A stretch of DNA of 64,000 nt from Lingula anatina (lineage: Eukaryota; Animalia; Brachiopoda): contig CM120648.1 in assembly GCA_051362555.1 (NCBI GenBank), forward strand, positions 18,224,587 to 18,288,586. The letters are read 5' to 3'. Shown here piece after piece: positions 49,089 to 60,046 of the stretch (positions are counted from its first letter, which is position 1; every line of letters begins with the position of its first letter). Below the pieces are notes generated by a model. It did no database searches, had not been told where the DNA came from, and saw only the letters and a program-made list of their open reading frames with translations. The position numbers and the translations under genes are program-made.

Positions 49089-51957
49089 GGGGAATACCAG
49101 CCCGCTTGGCGCCAGGTGTCGCTAGTGTGAATTCAGTCCTTCCTAGGTCGCCATGTTGGATATTGTATACGTTGGACTGTGGTACTGGCCTTAATAAACA
49201 TGCCTCAGTATTGTTGTGTACCTGAATGTCAAAGTCGGCAAGGTGGGCATAATTTTCTTGAGGATTCAGGGCTTCGTTTGAAGTGAAGGGTTGCCCATGT
49301 CAACACACCTTCCATGTTAAAGGGTCAGTTACAACTTGGCCCAGGAACAGTAATTAGGCCCCTAAAGATAGACGAGTTGCCTCAAAAAGAATACACGTAA
49401 AAAGGTTAATTGATCTTGGCAAAACTTATAAAGTTTTGGAAAGAGAGCTCCATAGCAAGAAAGTGCCCCTAGGAAGTATGATTTATCAAAGTGCGTTTTC
49501 TTATGTCCGTAATTTCAGAAGAGTTGTCAGTAAATATATATAAGTCCCGGTAGCCTACTACCCGCATAAGGTTGTGTTATTAAGTAATATCCTTTTTTAT
49601 TGATGAATTGAGCATGGCCGGTAATGTTCATTAAATAATTATTTTTATTTAAAATCATTATTCAGTACCTTGTAAGAATCATAAAACTAGGTATAGTTAG
49701 ATAATTTATTTGTTCATGGGGGGCGTCTCGATAGTCCGAAGGTTCATTGGTCCGAAGGTTCATTGGTCCGAAAAGTAGTAACATTTTCATCGATTTTTTA
49801 ATCAAGGGTTCATTGGTCCGAAGGTTCTATAGTGAACATTCGGACCAATGAACCTTCGGACTATTGAACCTTCGGACTATCGCTACGGCCCCTGTTCATG
49901 TATAGATGCAATTTCTCAGCCAATGGAATAATGCATGTTTGGAAATCTTTTTGTAACAGTTTAAGAAATAAAATTTAAAGAAAGAAAACATTTTATAAAT
50001 GAACAGTTTTTGTTCTTTTTTTACAAAATAGCACTTCTGAATTGTTTTACTTGAGTAGAAACACCATATTATTTCATCGCTCTGAAAATTCATTAAAAAG
50101 CAGCAAAACCAAATATTTTATTTAAACAAAATAATTATTCAGTCCATAGTAAAAACCATGAAACCATATAATACCTAGATAATTTATTTGTGCTATAACT
50201 TTCCTGAATATATAGCTGCAATTTCTCAGCCAATGCATTACTGTAGGTATGGAAAACTTTTTGTAACAGTTTAAGAAATAAAAATTAAAGAAAGCAAACA
50301 TTTTACAAATTAACAGTTTTTTGTTCCTTTTTACAAAATAGTACTTATGAATTATTTTACTTGAATAGAACCACCACATTATGTCATCACTTTGAAAATT
50401 CTTTAAAAAGCAGAAAAACCAAATTATTTGCTGTAAATACGACTAGCAATTTATTTCATCCCGCTAAAATACTTTACAAAATAGCATCATGGGTTTTTTT
50501 TTCATTACAGTTAAACATTAGGCCTATTAAAAACAGCATAAACACATAAGTACTTTTTGTAAAGAATATAGCACCACCAAATTATTTCATTTTAGTGAAA
50601 ACATTTTTTAAAATTGCACTTCAAAATTATGATTGCAGCTAAAACCATCTCATACAGGGGTACTTTCTATAAACTGGTTGACACATACTTCCTATAGTGT
50701 TTTTCATTAAAAAAAGTTATCCTGGGCAAAATACATGTAGAAAAATATCCAGCGTCAGAATGAATCAACCCCACAAACAGATCTTTGAATGTAAACACAG
50801 CAAAATAGCAGAATGGGCGATTTGTAATGAACATCTGGCCTTCTAACTTAGTATAGTATTCGCGGGTTTTCTTTAGGCCCAGATTCGTGCACGAGATACA
50901 CATTCCAAAAAGGGGAAATCGGGTCTGGGTCCAACTGTCATGTGTCTGCAATGGTTTTGGACACAACAATTATTCATACAGTTTGTTCATATACTTCTTC
51001 TCTGTAGCTGACATTATCTCTCCAAATCTGGAAGCCATTGTCTCTCCTTGTGTCAGATTGCGCTCTTTCCTTGTTGTAACTTGCTATGCTCAGTGTCCTT
51101 CGCTGTTTGTTCCTCAACCTGAAATAGTCATATCCCATTAAAGCATGGTAGATGGTTACAGCATTAAATAGTTAAGATACAATTTTATATTTCGATGATG
51201 TCACACATCACCTAGTTTGATAATTCTTTCTCATATTTGGGCCTGATTCTTAATATTAGACCTCTGTTTTCACTTGCATCATTCCCTCTATCCATGCATT
51301 ATTGTTTTCATGGCACTTGGCAATAGTTGTTGTCCATCATAGCCGCCTGTAAGTCAGCTTTAGGGTAGGCATAACTGGTGGCTACATCAATCTTTGCCGC
51401 TGATGTGAAGTGACGGGTAAGATTCCTGAAGTAATCATTTTATCCTGCTCTTGAAGTTGGCTGTCCTGGGGTCCTGAAATCGACAGTTTCAGGCTTTGCC
51501 CCCAATATATGGGCCTTCTTTGGGTAACCTTATAAAGAAAAAAAATAAGTACATTTACTAAGTATAAAAAATCTTCGTCTTTCGTGCTACTAAAACAAAA
51601 TATGAGCGTAGGCCTACTCGTACCTACAGTAGTCTACATGTACATAACATGTCAGATTTGACACACACACCTCGACTAATGTTCGATTTTTTTCAAGGAA
51701 AATAGTTAGCATTCTTGTTTTTCAAGCACTAAATGAAAAGAAAACACATACCTTTCAGTCAATTCACATTTTCATCCAGATGTTATGGCACCACATTCAA
51801 GTAAATTGCGTTTGAGTTGGTTCACTGTCAGCGACGCGTGCACACGCTCCATGTTAAACTCTGGTGTAAAGCCGTGAGCGAGATTCTGCGAGATTTAAGA
51901 AGGACTGCTTTCACCCCCACGCCATCTAGCGGCAGACCCTTAAAGCGGGTATTCCCC
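49089..51957. mobile_element. ISL2EU/PHIS-like DNA transposon remnant inserted in the LTR element 5' leader
   Basis: Termini GGGGAATACC / GGTATTCCCC. An AT duplication is deduced from the empty site GAATAATTGGGTGG at about 52529. The minus strand has a YqaJ-like fragment (TMASRFGEIMS) near 51000-51040. Confidence 0.65.
49719..49892. mobile_element. Small MITE with 15-bp subterminal repeats
   Basis: Inverted GTCCGAAGGTTCATTG arrays; 8-bp TSD TGTTCATG on both sides. Confidence 0.75.
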
Positions 51958-53020
51958 ATTGGGTGGAGCGGCGGTCAAAATTGTAGTTTCAATTTTGTAT
52001 CATAAAGGTTACCGCTTCAGGAGACACTGGTATTTGTTGCGTATCTACTGTATTTTCAGTGCTTACGTGTGTGAATTGTGATATAAAGGAGACGTTGGTG
52101 TTGTGTTCGTGCATTTTCCTACCTTCACCCGGTGTGCTCTCCCTGCGCGGAGAGCGCGCAATTACAGTAGTGTTGTGTTCGTGCATTTTCCTACCTTCAC
52201 CCGGTGTGCTCTCCCTGCGCGGAGAGCGCGCAATTATGGTAAGTACTGCGCACACCAGGTGGAGAGTCCAACTTCCCTGCCTGATCCCGGTGAGTACAAC
52301 TCAACCACAGCTACCGTGCAGACGTGTACGGTACAGCCGACGAAAATAATCAGAATTGAGACACAATACACAGTGATCTACAATCTCACTCCGTAAGTAG
52401 AACCAGTGAATACTTTATTGGCGACAAGGCATTCGTAACTTGTAATTTTGCGGGCCTAAAGCTTAGTTTTCGCTGCGATCTAGCTGAAAGTGGATTACGC
52501 GGGAAATTCCTTTGTCTAACATCCTTTTGAATAATTGGGTGGAGCGGCGGTCAAAATTGTAGTTTCAATTTTGGATCATAAAGGTTACCGCTTCAGGAGA
52601 CACTGGTATTTGTTGCGTATCTACTGCATTTTCAGTGCTTACGTGTGTGAATTGTGATATAAAGGAGACGTTGGTCTCATTCCCCTGTGTGTTGTTATCA
52701 AAGCTGAATTTACCCCAAGACTGAGGTGCACACGTAATATTTTAGTTTCTTTGTTTCTTTAGTTTATTTGAAAGAATAAAATATTGACTTCAGTGTTGTT
52801 GTTGATTATTCTTTTGTATTTTAGATAGGATTCTGAACAGAATTTCTGTCTAAATTCAACTTATTGCGTTGTGTGCCGAAGTCTTCTTTCCCCGAATTTG
52901 AATTAACTGTACGTTTTTGGATTCTATTTATAGTGAATTTCGCTATAAGCTTGGTAGTGTATTGTGCTTTGATAGGTGAAATTATTTTGAATCAATTTAA
53001 TTTTCGCTTACAAATGTACA

Positions 53021-55063
53021 ATGGCGAGTGCATCAAGGTTGCCAATCAATCGTGCGACTTACGATGAGCTCGTTACGCTGCCGGGTATAGGTCCTAAACG
53101 TGCAGAAAGGATAATATACGCTAGAGAGCAAGGGATCCCCGTGACCAGATCCAACATTTTGAAAAATTGTGGATCCAATACCGGATCAAATAAAAGCAAA
53201 TATTTCTCTTTTGGGGGTACTCACAGTAATGAATTAGGATCTGAAGTCAACATAGGTGACCTAGACCCTAGCGTATTATCCACTCAAAAAACTCATTACA
53301 CAACTTCTAAAGTGACTTCCTACATTCAGCATGAAGGAAGAGCGGCTGCTAAGAGATATAGGGCGGAATTTGAAAAAATTCTCAAACTGGGTGAGAAAAT
53401 TCAACACCAAGAACAAATTTCTCGCAGTAAAAATATAAAAAACGCTGCTAATTATTCACCATCAACGTATTCTAAATTAAAATCTTCTTCAAAATCCCAT
53501 TTTCACTCAGCTATTGACCCAAAATCTTTCGCATCGCAGCCAGCCACTTTAGCCTCTGAATACAACATTTTTGCTCTGCCTTTTGAGAGGCTGCGTGCCA
53601 ATAACAAAGATAAAAAAGTAACATCTTCTGTGCATGCAAAGTCTCCAGGCCGCGTCATGAACCCTGATACTGTTACTTCCTTGCCGAATGGTAAAGACAG
53701 TAGTCGGCACTTTGCTCCGTCTGTCCATAAGGGTGATGTGAATTGTGATCTGTATCAGTTTCATGTTCCTAAACCCGGACGGCGGCAACGACATGTTGAG
53801 CAAAATTTTGCCGATACAGTTCAACAAAATCATGAATACCGGTCTAGTTCAATAGGAAAACATTATACGCGACCCAGAATCTCGTCTCCCGTTTTCTGTG
53901 ACGAACCACTAATTTATGAAAGGGATAACAGTGAAAAAGAATACTTTCGGCTACCCAAACCAGAAAAAGTAGGTCCAAAAAGTAAAAAGGACAGAGTAGA
54001 CCCCAGTGATTTACCTAAACAATTATCATTTGACGGAAACAGTGACGACTGGGAGTCTTTCAGAAAAAGATATGAAAGTTATCGCCAGATAAAAGAGTGG
54101 TCAGAAAACGAGTGTCTGGACTACCTTCTGTGGTGTCTTGAAGGCGAGGCTTTGGCACTGTATAATAGCCATCTCAGAGCAAATAAAAATGTGTCGTACA
54201 CATCTATAATGAAAGAAATGGACTTAGTGTTCGGGATTAAAAAACATCCCGATTCGGCTCGCCTGGCATTTCATACTGCCATTCAATCGCAAAACGAAAC
54301 GCTAAACCAATGGCTGTGCCGCGTTTTGTTATTGGTCAGAGATGCTTATCCTGATAAATCGGAGTCTTTTAGGACAAAAGAAACAATATCAAAATTTTGT
54401 CAAGACTGTATTGATCAGGATGCTGGGCGTTATACTAGTTTAAAGCATCCAGCAAGCATCAGCGACGCAATAACACATATGGTGGACTATCAACATGTTT
54501 GTAAACCCACGAATAGTCATAAACAAACGAGAAAAATTCGTGAAAAAATTCAAATATGTTCTCTCAATCTTACAGCTAGAGAAAATCAACAATCTCCATC
54601 TGAAAATGTTGAAAAACTAGTTGAGTCCATCATAGAGAAACGCGTCAGCCAGCAGCCAAAATTGAGCACAATTCAATTTAATTCAATGGCTGACTTGAAA
54701 AAAACGGTTGAACATTTGGTCAGGAAGTCCACACCTAAAACATCAAGTGTGTGTTTCTTCTGTAAAAGAAAAGACCATTTTAAAAGAAATTGCCAGAAAT
54801 ATAAAGAGTTCTTAAAACGAAAAAATACTGAAAAAGAACTCGAAAAACAAGAGCGAGCTGATAACGCTGAGTCATTTAAACTTAAGGTTCGAGCGTCGAG
54901 TACATGTTCAAAAACACCGTCTCAAATGCATGGCACTAAAAAACCTCACCTAGTAGAACACTCATTGCAGCAAAATCAACGTAGGGGTGTAGAGTGGGAT
55001 TCTGATCCTAGTATAGGTAAAAAAGCTGGGCCTTTAAGAAAGTTTTCGTGGTCTCGGGTGTAG
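53021..55063 (+). CDS. Gag-like protein with N-terminal helix-hairpin-helix (ComEA-like) domain and CCHC zinc knuckle, copy 1
   Basis: INRATYDELVTLPGIGPKRAERII; capsid-like FDGNSDDWESF...WSENECLDYLLWCLEGEA...Q..NETL..W; CFFCKRKDHFKRNC. Confidence 0.88.
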   Translation: MASASRLPINRATYDELVTLPGIGPKRAERIIYAREQGIPVTRSNILKNCGSNTGSNKSKYFSFGGTHSNELGSEVNIGDLDPSVLSTQKTHYTTSKVTSYIQHEGRAAAKRYRAEFEKILKLGEKIQHQEQISRSKNIKNAANYSPSTYSKLKSSSKSHFHSAIDPKSFASQPATLASEYNIFALPFERLRANNKDKKVTSSVHAKSPGRVMNPDTVTSLPNGKDSSRHFAPSVHKGDVNCDLYQFHVPKPGRRQRHVEQNFADTVQQNHEYRSSSIGKHYTRPRISSPVFCDEPLIYERDNSEKEYFRLPKPEKVGPKSKKDRVDPSDLPKQLSFDGNSDDWESFRKRYESYRQIKEWSENECLDYLLWCLEGEALALYNSHLRANKNVSYTSIMKEMDLVFGIKKHPDSARLAFHTAIQSQNETLNQWLCRVLLLVRDAYPDKSESFRTKETISKFCQDCIDQDAGRYTSLKHPASISDAITHMVDYQHVCKPTNSHKQTRKIREKIQICSLNLTARENQQSPSENVEKLVESIIEKRVSQQPKLSTIQFNSMADLKKTVEHLVRKSTPKTSSVCFFCKRKDHFKRNCQKYKEFLKRKNTEKELEKQERADNAESFKLKVRASSTCSKTPSQMHGTKKPHLVEHSLQQNQRRGVEWDSDPSIGKKAGPLRKFSWSRV

Positions 55064-56500
55064 ATCAATGGAAAAGTGGACTTGGCTGCGCAGATTTCTG
55101 TAATGTCAGGAAGAGTGCATTGCGCGCATTAAGGTTAGCCACCAGTTTTTAGTTATATTGACTTACTATCTCTTGCTGCAGGGAATTGGAAATTTAGAAA
55201 TACAGGTTTGCGACAAAATTTAGTGGTGAGATTAACTCTTGTACATGTAGCACCAATGACTGTTGAAAATTGAATGCATATGCTCAGTGCAATTTGGGTA
55301 TTCTGGAAATTGACGGAAAAATGATATAAAAAGAAAACAGATTCACAGATAAAACAGCACCAGTAAGTGTAGCGAAAAGAAAAGGACAGTGGTATCCCCA
55401 AAATCGGAACATAATTCCATGCGAAATCAATAAACAGACTGAAAGATAGTCATGGAAAGAAATAAAGAGTAAAAAGGGGTCACTGATTCAGAGAATGGTG
55501 CTGTCCGAAAATTCCGATCAATAAAGAAAACTTCGTGTGGTAAAGTCATGTGGTAGCTACAGTAGCAAATGACATTTTGGAAACCTCTAAATTGGATGGG
55601 TATTAGCTTAGGGGGGTGGATTATAAAGTTAAAAAAAAAAAAATCTGTGCCTGCATTATCAGTTACAAAGCTGATGAGACAACATGTACCGATGTACCGG
55701 TGGGAACACCTGAAATTATTCGTAAAATCAGCTGTTTCTAGAACCGGTATCGAATCTTAAAATACGCTTGTGGGATAAAACATACTAGTGGAGGTTTTCA
55801 TTCACCCTCCTATAACTGGTAACATCCCTAGAACAAGTGTACACCCGAACAAGACTTAACTTGTGGGATTAAATTCTGCAGGGGTTTCAAGTGTTAATTC
55901 CCCTAATTTCGAGAATATCCCTAGAACAAGTAACCGATTGAAAAGGACTAAATGTCACAGACTCTGAAGGTGGGTGGAAGCACTAAGGGCCCTTCAAGTG
56001 CCCCATTCACTGGAAGATGTTTGTAAAACTAAAAATTAACACAAAACTACCGGTAGTATAACATCTTTCAAGACTCCAAACATCGGGAGTCCAAACTTAA
56101 ATAAAACCGCTGGTGACGTTCACTTTGGGCTAGACTCTTCGGGTTGCGTGTCTCTAGTAAAACGGGAAATCCCTGAACATCTGGAAGTGATGTTTAAAGT
56201 ATCTAAAGGGAATAGTGTAGAATCAAATTTAGAAGGGGTGTTTTCTAAATTGAAAGATGTTTTTAATAGAGACAATTTTGATCTTGGTCGGTCTTAAGTC
56301 ACTCAACGTGGAAATGAAGCCGGGAATGCCGAATCCCTTAAATCGCGTATGCGGTGGATGCTTGCGTGTGACATGCAGAAAGCATAGGGGGCATTGTTAA
56401 CGGAATGTTAACAACCGGATTCATGCAAGGCTGACAAGAGTCTCAGTCTGTGTGGATATTAGCACCAGTGTTTAATAATAAAACGTGACGTCACGGTGAA
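55064..56500 (+). pseudogene. Decayed pol remnant (protease and RT N-terminus)
   Basis: GKVDLAAQISV (GKVDMGAQISV in copy 2) is a mutated D[ST]G protease motif; IPEHL...KDVF..DNFDLG is the pre-RT region; many stops. Confidence 0.6.
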
Positions 56501-56553
56501 AATTTTCCAATAGGGAAAATTAAATATATTGCTAGCAATATCCTTGAAGAATT

Positions 56554-57029
56554 AGACTATCACTTTGTGATGTAGTTTATTTTTGTGTTTAAGAAAAATG
56601 GCTACAGTCTATTGAGATCAATGGACTATAACTGTTATGTAGCTTATTTCTGTGTTAACACATGACTACAGTCCATAAGACTATCACTCTGTGATGTAGT
56701 TTATTTTGTGTTAATAAATCGCTACAGTCTATTGTCATTGATGGACTATAACTGTTATGTAGCTTAATTTTGTGTTAACACGTGACTACAGTCTAATTTG
56801 ATGAAATTTTTGAAAAACCGGGATCTTATTTTAGCATTCCATTTTTCTTTTCATTTATTTATGAGAATTTTTGGGACGGACTATCACTATATTTTTGGTG
56901 ATGTGACTGGCTGGTGAATGAACAGCCTATCACAGTCTGTTCTACTGTTTATTTATTTTTTGTATTTTTTTTTTTTCGGCGGACTATCACCTCGGTGATG
57001 TTGTTAGCACTAACAGCTAATGACAGTCT
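56554..57029 (+). repeat. Six copies of a structured three-way-junction motif in the 3' untranslated region of the LTR element
   Basis: RGACT-AT(C/A)AC-loop-GT(G/T)AT-stem-loop-AGTCY at 56554, 56623, 56678, 56743, 56878 and 56981, with compensatory changes. Confidence 0.75.
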
Positions 57030-57994
57030 GTACGAATATTTCAACTGGAATCCACTTTATTTTATTTATCGAAAGGAATTTTGAGTTTGTACATGGACAA
57101 ACATGTATTTATAAGTAGCTCCTTTCAAATAAAAGTGGGGGGAATGTTGTGTTCGTGCATTTTCCTACCTTCACCCGGTGTGCTCTCCCTGCGCGGAGAG
57201 CGCGCAATTATGGTAAGTACTGCGCACACCAGGTGGAGAGTCCAACTTCCCTGCCTGATCCCGGTGAGTACAACTCAACCACAGCTACCGTGCAGACGTG
57301 TACGGTACAGACGACAAAAATAATCAGAATTGAGACACAATACACAGTGATCTACAATCTCACTCCGTAAGTAGAACCAGTGAATACTTTATTGGCGACA
57401 AGGCATTCGTAACTTGTAATTTTGCGGGCCTAAAGCTTAGTTTTCGCTGCGATCTAGCTGAAAGTGGATTACGCGGGAAATTCCTTTGTCTAACATCCTT
57501 TTGAATAATTAGGTGGAGCGGCGGTCAAAATTGTAGTTTCAGTTTTGGATCATAAAGGTTACCGCTTCAGGAGACACTGGTATTTGTTGCGTATCTACTG
57601 TATTTTCAGTGCTTACGTGTGTGAATTGTGATATAAAGGAGACGTTGGTCTCATTCCCCTGTGTGTTGTTATCAAAGCTGAATTTACCCCAAGACTGAGG
57701 TGCACACATAATATTTTAGTTTCTTTGTTTCTTTAGTTTATTTGAAAGAATAAAATATTGACTTTAGTGTTGTTGTTGATTATTCTTTTGTATTTTAGAT
57801 ATGATTCTGAACAGAATTTCTGTCTAAATTCAACTTATTGCGTTGTGTGCCGAAGTCTTCTTTCCCCGAATTTGAATTAACTGTACGTTTTTGGATTCTA
57901 TTTATAGTGAATTTCGCTATAAGCTTGGTAGTGTATTGTGCTTTGATAGGTGAAATTATTTTGAATCAATTTAATTCTCGCTTACAAATGTACA

Positions 57995-60046
57995 ATGGCG
58001 AATGCATCAAGGTTGCCAATCAATCGTGCGACTTACGATGAGCTCGTTACGCTGCCGGGTATAGGTCCTAAACGTGCAGAAAGGATAATATACGCTAGAG
58101 AGCGAGGGATCCCCGTGACCAGATCCAACATTTTGGAAATTTGTGGATCCAATACCGGATCAAATAAAATCAAAAATTTCTCTTTTGAGGGTACTCACAG
58201 CAGCGAGTTAGGATCTGAAGTCAAAATGGGTGACCTAGACCCTAGCGTATTATCCACTCAAAAAGCTAATTGCACAACTTCTAAAGTGACTTCCTACATT
58301 CAGCATGAAGGAAGAGCGGCTGCTGAGAGATATAGGGTGGAATTTGAAAAAATTCTCAAACTGGGTGAAAAAATTCAACACCAAGAACAAATTTCTCGCA
58401 GTAAAAATATAAAAAACGCTGCTAATTATTCACCATCAACGTATTCTAAATTAAAATCTTCTTCAAAATCCCATTTTCACTCAGCTATTGACCCAAAATC
58501 TTTCACATCGCAGCCAGCCACTTTAGCCTCTGAATACGACATTTTTGCTCTGCCTATTGAGAGGCTGCGTGCCAATAACAAAGATAAAAAAGTAACATCT
58601 TCTGTGCATGCAAAGTCTCCAGGCCGCGTCATGAACCCTGATACTGTTACTTCCTTGCCGAATGGTAAGGACAGTAGTCGGCACTTTGCTCCGTCTATCC
58701 ATAAGGGTGATGTGAATTGTGATCTGTATCAGTTTCATGTTCCTAAACCCGGACGGCGGCAACGACATGTTGAGCAAAATTTTGCCGATACAGTTCAACA
58801 AAATTATGATTACCGGTCTAGTTCAATAGGAAAACATTATACGCGACCTAGAATCTCGTCTCCCGTTTTCTGTGACGAACCACTAATTTATGAAAGGGAT
58901 AACAGTGAAAAAGAATACTTTCGGCTACCCAAATCAGAAAAAGTAGGTCCAAAAAGTAAAAAGGACAGAGTAGACCCCAGTGATTTACCTAAACAATTAT
59001 CGTTTGACGGAAACAGTGGCGACTGGGAGTCTTTCAGAAAAAGATATGAAAGTTATCGCCAGATAAAAGAGTGGTCAGAAAACGAGTGTCTGGACTACCT
59101 TCTGTGGTGTCTTGAAGGCGAGGCTTTGGTCCTGTATAATAGCCATCTCAGAGCAAATAAAAATGTGTCGTACACATCTATAATGAAAGAAATGGACTTA
59201 GTGTTCGGGATTAAAAAACATCCCGATTCGGCTCGCCTGGCATTTCATACTGCCGTTCAATCGCAAAACGAAACGTTAAACCAATGGCTGTGCCGCGTTT
59301 TGTTATTGGTCAGAGATGCTTATCCTGATAAATCGGAGTCTTTTAGGACAAAAGAAACAATATCAAAATTTTGTCAAGACTGTATTGATCAGGATGCTGG
59401 GCGTTATACTAGTTTAAAGCACCCAGCAAGCATCAGCGACGCAATGACACATATGGTGGACTATCAACATGTTTGTAAACCCACGAATAGTCAAAAAGAA
59501 ACAAGAAAAGTTCGTGAAAAAATTCAAATATGTTCTCTTGATCTTACATCTAGAGAAAATCAACAATCTCCATCTGAAAATGTTGAAAAAATAGTTGAGT
59601 CCATCATAGAGAAACGCGTCAGCCAGCAGCCAAAATTGAGCACAATTCAATTTAATTCAAGGGCTGTCTTGGAAAAAACGGTTGAACATTTGGTCAGGAA
59701 GTCCACACCTAAAACATCAAGTGTGTGTTTCTTCTGTAAAAGAAAAGACCATTTTAAAAGAAATTGCCAGAAATATAAAGAGTTCTTAAAACGAAAAATT
59801 ACTGAAAAAGAACTCGAAAAACAAAAGCGAGCTGATAACGCTGAGTCATTTAAACTTGAGGTTCGAGCATCGAGTACATGTTCAAATACACCGTCTCAAA
59901 TGCATGGCACTGAAAAACCTCACCTTGTAGAACAATCATTGCAGCAAAATCAACGTAGGGGCGTCGAGTGGGAGTCTGATCCTAGTATAGATCAAAATCC
60001 TGGGCCTTCAGGCAATTTTTCGTCCATTAAGTGGTCTCGGGTGTAG
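57995..60046 (+). CDS. HhH-Gag protein, copy 2
   Basis: Intact 683-aa paralog of 53021-55063 with the same motifs. Confidence 0.88.
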   Translation: MANASRLPINRATYDELVTLPGIGPKRAERIIYARERGIPVTRSNILEICGSNTGSNKIKNFSFEGTHSSELGSEVKMGDLDPSVLSTQKANCTTSKVTSYIQHEGRAAAERYRVEFEKILKLGEKIQHQEQISRSKNIKNAANYSPSTYSKLKSSSKSHFHSAIDPKSFTSQPATLASEYDIFALPIERLRANNKDKKVTSSVHAKSPGRVMNPDTVTSLPNGKDSSRHFAPSIHKGDVNCDLYQFHVPKPGRRQRHVEQNFADTVQQNYDYRSSSIGKHYTRPRISSPVFCDEPLIYERDNSEKEYFRLPKSEKVGPKSKKDRVDPSDLPKQLSFDGNSGDWESFRKRYESYRQIKEWSENECLDYLLWCLEGEALVLYNSHLRANKNVSYTSIMKEMDLVFGIKKHPDSARLAFHTAVQSQNETLNQWLCRVLLLVRDAYPDKSESFRTKETISKFCQDCIDQDAGRYTSLKHPASISDAMTHMVDYQHVCKPTNSQKETRKVREKIQICSLDLTSRENQQSPSENVEKIVESIIEKRVSQQPKLSTIQFNSRAVLEKTVEHLVRKSTPKTSSVCFFCKRKDHFKRNCQKYKEFLKRKITEKELEKQKRADNAESFKLEVRASSTCSNTPSQMHGTEKPHLVEQSLQQNQRRGVEWESDPSIDQNPGPSGNFSSIKWSRV

